DNA from: Desulfuromonadales bacterium
GTDB lineage: Bacteria > Desulfobacterota > Desulfuromonadia > Desulfuromonadales > UBA2294
DNA length: 37,387 nt
Direction of reading: 5' to 3'
NCBI GenBank assembly: GCA_041592975.1
Contig: JBFHOZ010000001.1
Span: forward strand, 1-37,387
Numbering within the stretch: position 1 is the first letter of the stretch; each line of letters starts with the position of its first letter. The notes below the pieces were generated by a model. The model saw only the letters and a list, made by a program, of their open reading frames with translations, ran no database searches and was not told the DNA's origin. Of the stretch, positions 17,802-24,766 are shown one piece after another. The position numbers were made by a program, and so were the translations under genes.

Positions 17802-17865
17802 CGTTTTCATCCCCGGCTTCGGTGCTACAGTTGCTGAGTCGGCAAACTTCGCAACGGAAGGAATC

Positions 17866-19014
17866 ATGACCAATCGGTGCGCACAGGCACTTTCGTTTCT
17901 TCTTGTCGTCCTGCTCATCTTTCCGGCAGGCTGCAACCTTTTGGAAAAGAAGCCGTTGCAGATCGGCTTCGTCGGCGGGCTGACCGGCCGGACGGCGAGC
18001 CTCGGCGTTGCCGGCCGCGACGGCACGTTGCTGGCCGTCGAGGAGGTCAACCGTGCCGGGGGGATCGACGGCCGCCCGGTCGAACTGGTCATCAGGGACG
18101 ACATGCAGAACGAGGCGGAAGCCCTGAAGATCGTCAGGGAGTTTATCGACATGAAGCTGCCGGTCGTTATCGGGCCGATGACCAGCTCTATGGGGGTGGT
18201 CATGGCGCCGGAAATCAGTCGCAGCGACACCCTGATGGTCAGCCCGACCGTCGGCACCATGCTGCTCGGACAGCAGGACGACAATTTCCTTCGGGTTTAC
18301 CCGCAATGCATGATGATGTCCCGGTCGCTGGCCGAATTCGCCTACCATGAAAAATCGCTGCGCCGCTTTGTCATCATTTACGATGTCGGCAACAGCGCGT
18401 TTACCGAAAGCTGGAAAACATGCTTCAGCGAGCAGTTCTCGGCGCTTGGCGGTGAGATCGTCGCCGGAATCAGCTTCACCTCCGGCGGTCAGCACCGCTT
18501 TCTCGGGCTCATGGAGGAGGCTTTCGGCCATGACCCGGACGGCATCCTGATTCTCGCCAACTCCCTCGACACCGCCTTGCTGGCCCAGCAGGGGCTGAAG
18601 ATGGGGAAGGCTATCCCCCTGTTTACCAGCGAGTGGTCGATGACCAGGGACCTGCTCAGCTCCGGCGGGCAGTCGGTCGAGGGGATCACCCTCTTCCATA
18701 CCTTCAACGAGGCGTCGCGGGAAAAACGGTTCCTCGACTTCAAGGAACGCTATGTCGGGCGATTCAGCCACCCCCCCTCCTTTCCGGCGATCCATGCCTA
18801 CGATGCCACGCGAATCGTGCTGGAGGGTCTCCGCGGTGGCGCCCGAAGCGGCGCCGAACTGAAGCAGACGCTGCTGCAGCAGGCGTCCTTCGAAACGCTT
18901 CAGGGGGAACTCAGCTTCAATGCCTACGGCGATGTCAACCGGGATCTGTTCCTGACAGTGGTTCGGGAGGGGGAATTCATCGTCGTTCGCAAGGTGCCGG
19001 TCACGGATCAATGA
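17866..19014 (+). CDS. Orphan periplasmic solute-binding lipoprotein (LivK-like type I fold)
   Basis: ATG 17866 and lipobox IFPAGC. LQIGFVGGLTGRTASLGVAGRDG..EEVNRAGGIDGRPVEL is typical of the Peripla_BP_6 family. No permease or ATPase genes are adjacent. Confidence 0.85.
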   Translation: MTNRCAQALSFLLVVLLIFPAGCNLLEKKPLQIGFVGGLTGRTASLGVAGRDGTLLAVEEVNRAGGIDGRPVELVIRDDMQNEAEALKIVREFIDMKLPVVIGPMTSSMGVVMAPEISRSDTLMVSPTVGTMLLGQQDDNFLRVYPQCMMMSRSLAEFAYHEKSLRRFVIIYDVGNSAFTESWKTCFSEQFSALGGEIVAGISFTSGGQHRFLGLMEEAFGHDPDGILILANSLDTALLAQQGLKMGKAIPLFTSEWSMTRDLLSSGGQSVEGITLFHTFNEASREKRFLDFKERYVGRFSHPPSFPAIHAYDATRIVLEGLRGGARSGAELKQTLLQQASFETLQGELSFNAYGDVNRDLFLTVVREGEFIVVRKVPVTDQ

Positions 19015-19018
19015 TGCG

Positions 19019-19732
19019 ATGAAACCACTCCCCGCGCTTCTGTTCACCGTGGAGCATGGCGACAACAAGGTTCCCGAGGAGTTCGCCCACCTCTTCGCAG
19101 GAGAGGAGTCGGTCCTGGCGAGTCATCGCGGCTACGACCCCGGCGCCGGCGAACTGGCCGTCCGCTTTTCCACCCGCTTCCACGCGCCCTGCGAGCATGC
19201 CGAGATCACCCGGCTGCTGATCGACCAGAACCGCTCCCTGCACAATCGCCGGGCACTCTTCTCGGAATATACGCGCCACCTCCCGAGGGAGGTCAAGGAG
19301 CGGATTGTCGAGGTCTGTTACTGGCCCTACCAGTACCTGGTCAGGAAGAGACTCGACACCCTGCTGGCGGAGTCCGGATCGGTTCTCCACCTGGCGATCC
19401 ATTCCTTCACCCCGGAGCTGCGCGGTCGGGTGCGCAACTGCGACGTCGGACTGATGTACGACCCGCGGCGCGCGAAGGAAGCGGCGTTCTGCCGCAGGTG
19501 GCAGGAAGCGCTGCGCGGGATCTCTCCCGCGGTTCGCGTTCGGCGCAACTACCCCTACCGTGGCGCCAGCGACGGCGTTGTCCAGTCGATGCGGCGGCTT
19601 TATCCGGAGCCGGCCTACACCGGGCTGCAGATCGAGGTGAACCAGAAATACCCGTTTGGCGATCGCCAGCCCTGGAAAGAGTTGCAGAAGGTGATTGTTG
19701 ACAGTTTTGCGGTCGCTCTGGAAGGATTTTAG
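19019..19732 (+). CDS. N-formylglutamate amidohydrolase (FGase, PF05013) family protein
   Basis: FTVEHGDNKVPEEF, TRLLIDQNRS, LAIHSFTPEL and GLQIEVNQ blocks match the FGase family pattern. The gene starts 5 nt after the binding-protein stop. Confidence 0.8.
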   Translation: MKPLPALLFTVEHGDNKVPEEFAHLFAGEESVLASHRGYDPGAGELAVRFSTRFHAPCEHAEITRLLIDQNRSLHNRRALFSEYTRHLPREVKERIVEVCYWPYQYLVRKRLDTLLAESGSVLHLAIHSFTPELRGRVRNCDVGLMYDPRRAKEAAFCRRWQEALRGISPAVRVRRNYPYRGASDGVVQSMRRLYPEPAYTGLQIEVNQKYPFGDRQPWKELQKVIVDSFAVALEGF

Positions 19733-19741
19733 CCGGGAGGG

Positions 19742-20491
19742 TCAGAGGGCCTGCTTGTGCCGCTGGTTCGTGCGATTGTAGACCCGTGCGTTGTGCTCGG
19801 CCAGTTTCTGCGCCAGATGCTCGACCTCTTCGGCGGCAAGAATCCCGTTTTCGACAAAGTACTGCCCGAGTTTCTTGTGCAGGGTTCGCTGGTGCAGGAT
19901 CAGGGCCTTCACCTGCCCCGGTGAAAGCAGTCCCATGCGGATCGCCCGTTCGCCGAAGCGGGCGTACGGGCCGCGCTGCCTGATGACCGTCAGGGTATCC
20001 TCCTTTTTCAGCCAGCCGATGTTGACGGCCAGCTCGCCAAGGAGGGGGCGCTGCTGTCGCTGCCAGACCAGGGCGTTGATCAGCTGGGTGTAGCTGATCA
20101 GGCCGCGGTGGTAGAGATAGTGGCCGAACTCGAGGGTTCTCTCCGGGATGCGGCAGGAGCCCTTCCGCGTCGCCGGGGCATGGCGGCGGGTTCGGGGCGC
20201 TCCTGAATCTGATGATGGCGGCTGCCACCCCCCGCGGTCCCGTTCCTGGAAGAAGGCGCGGAGCAGGTCGTAGGCGCGGTTGACCTCCTGGAAAAAGGCG
20301 GTCTGCTGCCTGCGCACCGTCGGGGAAGAGCCGGCGAACCGGTCCGGGTGGGCCTCCTTCGCCTTGAGGCGGTAGGCGGCCTTGACGCCGTTCGGCTGAA
20401 GATAACTGAGGAATTCGCGGGAAAGCAGGAGTTCGTCCCCGAAGAGGGTACGGCAGGCGTCTATCAGGGTCGATTCAGAGAAAGCCGACAT
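19742..20491 (-). CDS. J-domain (DnaJ-like) protein with a non-canonical C-terminal helical-repeat region
   Basis: A J-domain with an HPD motif (AYRLKAKEAHPDRF ... VNRAYDLL). The C-terminus has two LGELAVN.GWL / LGQYFVENGIL type repeats reminiscent of T2SSE_N/MshEN-like modules. There is no zinc finger or DnaJ C-terminal domain. Confidence 0.75.
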   Translation of the reverse strand: MSAFSESTLIDACRTLFGDELLLSREFLSYLQPNGVKAAYRLKAKEAHPDRFAGSSPTVRRQQTAFFQEVNRAYDLLRAFFQERDRGGWQPPSSDSGAPRTRRHAPATRKGSCRIPERTLEFGHYLYHRGLISYTQLINALVWQRQQRPLLGELAVNIGWLKKEDTLTVIRQRGPYARFGERAIRMGLLSPGQVKALILHQRTLHKKLGQYFVENGILAAEEVEHLAQKLAEHNARVYNRTNQRHKQAL

Positions 20492-20614
20492 AGATCAGGT
20501 TCCGTCAGGCAGGGCCTCTTTCTGCTTTATTTGGACAAAACTCAAGGGAAGAATACAACATCCTGTATTCCACGGCAAGAGATTACAGCTGTCGATGGTG
20601 TCCGTCCGGCGTGG

Positions 20615-20800
20615 TCAGTGTTTGTGGTGGACGATAAGATTTTCCGCCCGGGCGAGGTCCTTTTCGGCAACGTAAATCTGCATCGGACCCCTGCCGGTGA
20701 CCGGTTCGGGGTGGAGTTCGTAGCGGATGCCGTATTCTCTGAGGAGGTCTTCGACACGCTGCTGGTCCGCTAGGTCGTGAGGATCGTAAAACAGTGACAT
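20615..20800 (-). CDS. Small hypothetical protein (DUF2007-like putative signal-transducing fold)
   Basis: The ORF track gives 80 aa. The internal Met (MSLFYDPHDLADQQRVEDLLREYGIRYEL...) looks like the real start. The family call is tentative and the start coordinate is approximate. Confidence 0.5.
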   Translation of the reverse strand: MSLFYDPHDLADQQRVEDLLREYGIRYELHPEPVTGRGPMQIYVAEKDLARAENLIVHHKH

Positions 20801-21198
20801 GGCCTGCCCCCTTTCCGCCGCAGGAAGTTGTCCGTACATTATAGCAGGCCGCGGCATGAATATTAGCCCCCTCTCATATCTTGCGCCGATGACGTTTTTT
20901 CATCCGGGCCCGGCAAGAACCCTGTGAAAACCATAAGCCGCCACCGGCCCCCCCCCTTCCGCCGTGCGAAGGGCGCTGGTCAGGGCAAGGAGGGAGGTCT
21001 CATTCTGCCGTCTGCGTTGATGCGAATCGATTCCTGTCCTGTTGCTGAATGCAGACGCAAATTTCAGCATGGGCATCCTTGCCGACTTCATTTATCATGG
21101 GGTGCGTGTTTGCTGGTCTCTCAGGGGAGGCAGGGCAGCCTGTTCTGGTGCCGGAGGGGGCCGATGGCGGCCCTTCGCGATTATCCGCCGGGAGTGGA

Positions 21199-21504
21199 AT
21201 GAAGACTTTTCGCATCATCGCCATCGTCGCCACCCAGGCCCCGCTCATCTACTTCGAGCTCGGCAGCCGCGACCTGCTCGGCGGATTCAACCAGACCAGC
21301 GAGGGGTTCTTTCTGATGGTCGGCCTGTTTGTTGCCGTGCCGCTGCTCAACCTCGCCTGGCTGGTTCTGGAAGCGGCGCGATCCTTCAGGATGGCCCGCG
21401 AGAAGGGGTGCAGCCGGACGATCTTGCTCCCCCTGGCACCGCTGATTTTCGTCGCCGAAGCCATCGCCATCGACCTCTACCTGCTCGGTCATGTCCGGAT
21501 GTAG
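21199..21504 (+). CDS. Small hypothetical membrane protein (about 3 TM)
   Basis: The ATG at 21199 follows GGAG. It has hydrophobic helices (FRIIAIVATQAPLIYF, FFLMVGLFVAVPLLNLAWLVL, ILLPLAPLIFVAEAIAIDLYLL). I recognise no family. Confidence 0.55.
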   Translation: MKTFRIIAIVATQAPLIYFELGSRDLLGGFNQTSEGFFLMVGLFVAVPLLNLAWLVLEAARSFRMAREKGCSRTILLPLAPLIFVAEAIAIDLYLLGHVRM

Positions 21505-21674
21505 TCATTGTTGGCGACGTCGGCTATAATTTCGATCAGTCTTTTCCGGTCACCCGGCATTTCATGAGCCAGGGGGCGTGACATGAACAAGCTGAAGCGC
21601 ATAGTTGTCATCAACGTCGAAAAGATTGTCGAACGACTCGATCTGACCTGAACCGAAGACGACGGGAGGCGTTT

Positions 21675-22556
21675 ATGCAGATCGGATTCATCGGCCTGGG
21701 GCACCTCGGCAAGGCGGTTGCCGGGCGGCTCATTGACTGCGGTCATCAGCTGATCGCCTGGAACCGGACGCCGGCAAGGCTGGAGGGGCTTGATGCCACC
21801 GCCGCCATCTCCCCGGCCGCCGTGGCCGGGCAGAGCGATGTCGTCTTCCTCTGCCTGTACGACAGCAGCGCGGTGCGGGCGGTTTTGGGCGGAGACGACG
21901 GGCTGTTCGCCGCCGATAACAACGGCCGGGTTATCATCGACCTGACCACCAACCATTACGGCGACGTCGTCGAATTCCACCGGCTCTGCGCCGACAGAGG
22001 CGCCGCCTATCTCGAGGTGCCGGTTGTCGGCAGCGTCAACCCGGCGAGCAAAGGGGAGCTGACCCTCCTGGTCAGCGGCGAGGAGGAGAGCTATCGGCGG
22101 GTCAGGCCGATTCTCGAAAACCTCGGCGCGAACATCTTCTGTCTTGCCAGGCCGGGGGACGCCTCGAAGATGAAGGTGATCAACAACATGGCCCTCGGCG
22201 CGATCATGGCGGCCAGCGCCGAGGCGCTGGCGATGGCGGAGCATGCCGGCATCGACCGACTGCAGGCCCTGGAGATCCTCGCGGTCGGCGGCGGCAGTTC
22301 GCGCATCCTGACAGCCAAGAAGCAGAAACTGCTCGACGGTGATTTCTCCGTCCATTTCTCCTCGGCCCTGCTCTACAAGGACTTCGCCTGCCTGCTGGAT
22401 CTGGCGACGACCGAAAAGAAGCCGCTGCTGATCGCATCCCTGGTCAAGGAGCTGTACGGGCGCACCTTCGAGGAGGGGATCGCGCAGGAGGATTTCGCGG
22501 CCATCTACAAACTGTTCAGCAGGCACAAAAAGGAGCCTGACGATCTGCCCGCCTGA
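21675..22556 (+). CDS. NAD(P)-dependent oxidoreductase of the 3-hydroxyisobutyrate / 6-phosphogluconate dehydrogenase-like (HIBADH) family
   Basis: Rossmann motif IGFIGLGHLGKAVA and an NAD_binding_2 plus NAD_binding_11 pattern (GDASKMKVINNMALG). SD GGGAGG precedes the ATG. Confidence 0.88.
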   Translation: MQIGFIGLGHLGKAVAGRLIDCGHQLIAWNRTPARLEGLDATAAISPAAVAGQSDVVFLCLYDSSAVRAVLGGDDGLFAADNNGRVIIDLTTNHYGDVVEFHRLCADRGAAYLEVPVVGSVNPASKGELTLLVSGEEESYRRVRPILENLGANIFCLARPGDASKMKVINNMALGAIMAASAEALAMAEHAGIDRLQALEILAVGGGSSRILTAKKQKLLDGDFSVHFSSALLYKDFACLLDLATTEKKPLLIASLVKELYGRTFEEGIAQEDFAAIYKLFSRHKKEPDDLPA

Positions 22557-22591
22557 CGGCAACGCCCCGCTGCAATCAACTCCCGGCTTGT

Positions 22592-22599
22592 TGTATAAT
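22592..22599 (+). promoter_or_regulatory. Perfect -10 box (TG-TATAAT) upstream of the small ORF at 22626
   Basis: cttgtTGTATAATggacc. The -35 is weak. GAGAGGAG SD and the ATG follow 20-27 nt downstream. Confidence 0.4.
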
Positions 22600-22625
22600 G
22601 GACCAATGAAGAGAGGAGTTGCATC

Positions 22626-22895
22626 ATGAATATTGCCTTGGCGATGCAGGATCCGGCCGGCGTCTTTGCGCGGCCGATGGATGTCTGCACCGAAGAATCG
22701 CTGACCCGCAGCCAGAAGATCGAGGTACTGAAGCGCTGGGAGTACGACGCCCGCGAGCTCGAGGTGGCCGAGGATGAAAACATGGCCGGCGGCCCATCCA
22801 GTCAGCTGGATGAAGTGCTGGCGGCCCTTCATCGACTCGGCGCCGGCCCGGGAACCGGCCATTCACCGCCGACCCGACAGGGGGGCGAGGGGTAA
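22626..22895 (+). CDS. Small conserved-looking hypothetical protein
   Basis: The gene has a good SD and its own -10 box. An acidic helical core (SLTRSQKIEVLKRWEYDARELEVAEDENMAGG ... LDEVLAALHRL) resembles a widespread small-protein family whose name I cannot give. Confidence 0.6.
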   Translation: MNIALAMQDPAGVFARPMDVCTEESLTRSQKIEVLKRWEYDARELEVAEDENMAGGPSSQLDEVLAALHRLGAGPGTGHSPPTRQGGEG

Positions 22896-22931
22896 TTGGC
22901 CGGCGCGTCTTCGTTATTCGGTTCGCTGCTG

Positions 22932-22959
22932 TTGCAAAGTTCCGTGCTTCGTTCATAAT
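22932..22959 (+). promoter_or_regulatory. Candidate sigma-70 promoter (TTGCAA-16-CATAAT) of the ferritin-like/cytochrome operon
   Basis: Hexamers lie at 22932-22937 and 22954-22959. The -10 is embedded in an AT-rich run, cataattaatgagaataagaaat. Confidence 0.45.
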
Positions 22960-23025
22960 TAATGAGAATAAGAAATGCCTCGTCCGCTGGAATTCAATTT
23001 CATGCCACGCAGAAGGAGCATGCCT

Positions 23026-23523
23026 ATGCCACAGGAATTCAACATGCAGGAAGCGATCAAGATGGCGATCCAGACGGAGAAGAACGTCATGGATTTCTAT
23101 CTCCGGGCTGCGGAAATCACCAAGAACGAAAGGGCCAAGAGGGTGTTCGAGACCCTTGCACGCGAGGAGCGGGAGCACGCCAGCAACTTTTTCGACATCT
23201 ACTCCGGAAAGGATCTCGGCTCGTTCGAGGAGTTCATGGCGACCGAGCCGAAATTCGACACCACCGTCCTTCACAACCTCGAGAAGGCGCTGAACGAGAA
23301 TGTCCACGAGCGCAATGCAATGGAGTTCGCTCTGCAGGAAGAGGAGGATCTCGCCAGGCACCTCGAGATGACCGCCGAGAAGATCGTCGACCCCGGCGTG
23401 CGGGCGGTGTTCGAAAAAATGGCCAAGGAGACCCGCAACCACTACGCCATCATCGAGTCGGAGTACGCCCACTGGATGGGCATGGTACACGAGACCGATA
23501 TCGACACCTACGTAAGGGAGTAA
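23026..23523 (+). CDS. Ferritin-like diiron protein (rubrerythrin family, no rubredoxin domain)
   Basis: The ATG at 23026 is 7 nt after AAGGAG. There are four helices with E...EXXH twice (EKNVMDFY, REEREH, QEEEDLARH, KETRNH). Confidence 0.82.
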   Translation: MPQEFNMQEAIKMAIQTEKNVMDFYLRAAEITKNERAKRVFETLAREEREHASNFFDIYSGKDLGSFEEFMATEPKFDTTVLHNLEKALNENVHERNAMEFALQEEEDLARHLEMTAEKIVDPGVRAVFEKMAKETRNHYAIIESEYAHWMGMVHETDIDTYVRE

Positions 23524-23532
23524 ACCTGAGAG

Positions 23533-23802
23533 ATGAAATCGACTGCATTGCTGGCGCTGATGCTCCTGTCAGGGGTGACGTTCGCCGTCGCCGCCGATCC
23601 GAACGACCCGAAGGAATACCAGGAGATCATCAAGAAACGCTGCACCATCTGCCACAGCCAGGAAAGAATTGAAAGCGCGATCAGAGAGGGTCGCGACATG
23701 AACGAGATCCTGGGGAAGATGATGAAGATGGGAGCCACCCTGACCGACCAGGAGCAGAAAGTTCTCGGCACTTTCTGGGGGTCGCCGATGAAAGAGAAGT
23801 GA
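23533..23802 (+). CDS. Small secreted protein with one CXXCH heme-binding motif (putative monoheme cytochrome c)
   Basis: Signal peptide MKSTALLALMLLSGVTFAVA and CTICH. The gene starts 10 nt after the ferritin-like gene. Confidence 0.7.
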   Translation: MKSTALLALMLLSGVTFAVAADPNDPKEYQEIIKKRCTICHSQERIESAIREGRDMNEILGKMMKMGATLTDQEQKVLGTFWGSPMKEK

Positions 23803-23827
23803 GATTCGGATGTCATAACCTGAACAT

Positions 23828-23855
23828 GAGACCGGCCGCGGCCGGTCTCTTCTTG
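23828..23855 (+). terminator. Rho-independent terminator after the small cytochrome gene
   Basis: A perfect 22-nt palindrome gagaccggccgcggccggtctc is followed by ttcttg. It lies only about 14 nt before the radC SD and ATG. Confidence 0.6.
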
Positions 23856-23868
23856 CGTGGAGGGGGAG

Positions 23869-24555
23869 ATGAGAACGATCAAGGAGTGGCCCGAGGACGA
23901 ACGTCCGCGGGAGAAACTGCTGCGTCGCGGGCCGGCGGCACTGAGCGACGCCGAGCTGCTGGCGCTGATTATCCGCACCGGCAGCGCCGCTGACAAAACC
24001 AGCGCCGTCGATCAGGCGCGGCAGCTGCTGAGAGGTTTCGGTTCGCTGCGGGCCCTGGCGTCGGCGCATACCCCGGAGCTCTGTCGACAGAAGGGGATCG
24101 GGCCGGCCAAGGCGGCCGAGATCCAGGCGCTGTTCGAGCTGGCCCGCCGTTTTGCCCGGCAGGAAATCCGCCCGGGCGACCGCTTTACCTCGTCGAACGA
24201 CATCTTCAACCATTACCACGAGAAGCTGCGCGACCGGAAGAAGGAGGTTTTTTTCTCCCTGCTGCTCGACAGCAAGAACCGCCTGATCCGGGAGATCCAG
24301 GTCTCCGAGGGGAGCCTCAACGCCAGCATTGTCCATCCGCGCGAGGTCTTTGCTCCGGTTATCCGCGAATCGGCGGCCGCGGTACTGTTCGTCCACAACC
24401 ATCCCTCCGGCGACCCGACGCCGAGCCGCGAGGATATCGACCTTACCGAACGACTCTCCGAGGCCGGCAACCTGATGGGGGTGCGGGTGCTCGATCACAT
24501 CATCATCGGCAACGGCAGCTACGTCAGCTTCTGCGACCGTGGGTTGCTCGGCTGA
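23869..24555 (+). CDS. radC: RadC-family JAB/MPN domain protein (UPF0758)
   Basis: N-terminal HhH region (ERPREKLL..G...LSDAELLALIIRTG) and a C-terminal JAMM motif HNHPSGDPTPSREDI. Confidence 0.9.
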   Translation: MRTIKEWPEDERPREKLLRRGPAALSDAELLALIIRTGSAADKTSAVDQARQLLRGFGSLRALASAHTPELCRQKGIGPAKAAEIQALFELARRFARQEIRPGDRFTSSNDIFNHYHEKLRDRKKEVFFSLLLDSKNRLIREIQVSEGSLNASIVHPREVFAPVIRESAAAVLFVHNHPSGDPTPSREDIDLTERLSEAGNLMGVRVLDHIIIGNGSYVSFCDRGLLG

Positions 24556-24604
24556 ATCCCCTTGCCACAGACAATGCCGCATGCTAGCTTCTTAAATATA
24601 ACCG

Positions 24605-24633
24605 GCCGGGTAATTTAACCCGGCTTCATTATT
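24605..24633 (+). terminator. Rho-independent terminator after radC
   Basis: gccgggt-aattta-acccggc is followed by ttcattatt. Confidence 0.6.
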
Positions 24634-24649
24634 CGAAAAGCCTCTTGGG

Positions 24650-24753
24650 CCACGAAGACACTAAGAAAAGAAATTTATAGATTCTTTTAACGGAGAGGCA
24701 GCCTCTCCGTTAAGGTCGATTTAGTTTTTCTTCGCGCCTTCGTGTCTTCGCGG
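24650..24753. repeat. Low-GC nested inverted-repeat intergenic element
   Basis: The outer arms CCACGAAGACAC (24650-24661) and GTGTCTTCGCGG (24742-24753) match 11/12. There are inner agaaaa/ttttct arms and a perfect central 27-nt palindrome ttaacggagaggc-a-gcctctccgttaa (24687-24713). Confidence 0.7.
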
Positions 24754-24766
24754 CAAGTATCTGGGT

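Noticed and set aside
21583-21651. 22-codon ORF (MNKLKRIVVINVEKIVERLDLT) with an AGGGGG SD upstream of the HIBADH-type gene
   Set aside because: It is too short to support from sequence alone. It could be a uORF or micropeptide but needs Ribo-seq or conservation evidence.
21489-22862. 457-aa minus-strand ORF over the HIBADH-type gene and its neighbours
   Set aside because: It is an antisense shadow ORF. The plus-strand genes have SD sequences, a Rossmann motif and promoters.
23869-24555. RadC/JAB protein as a marker of a mobile or defence island
   Set aside because: It has the canonical full-length chromosomal radC with an HhH N-terminus. No integrase, anti-restriction or phage genes are adjacent.
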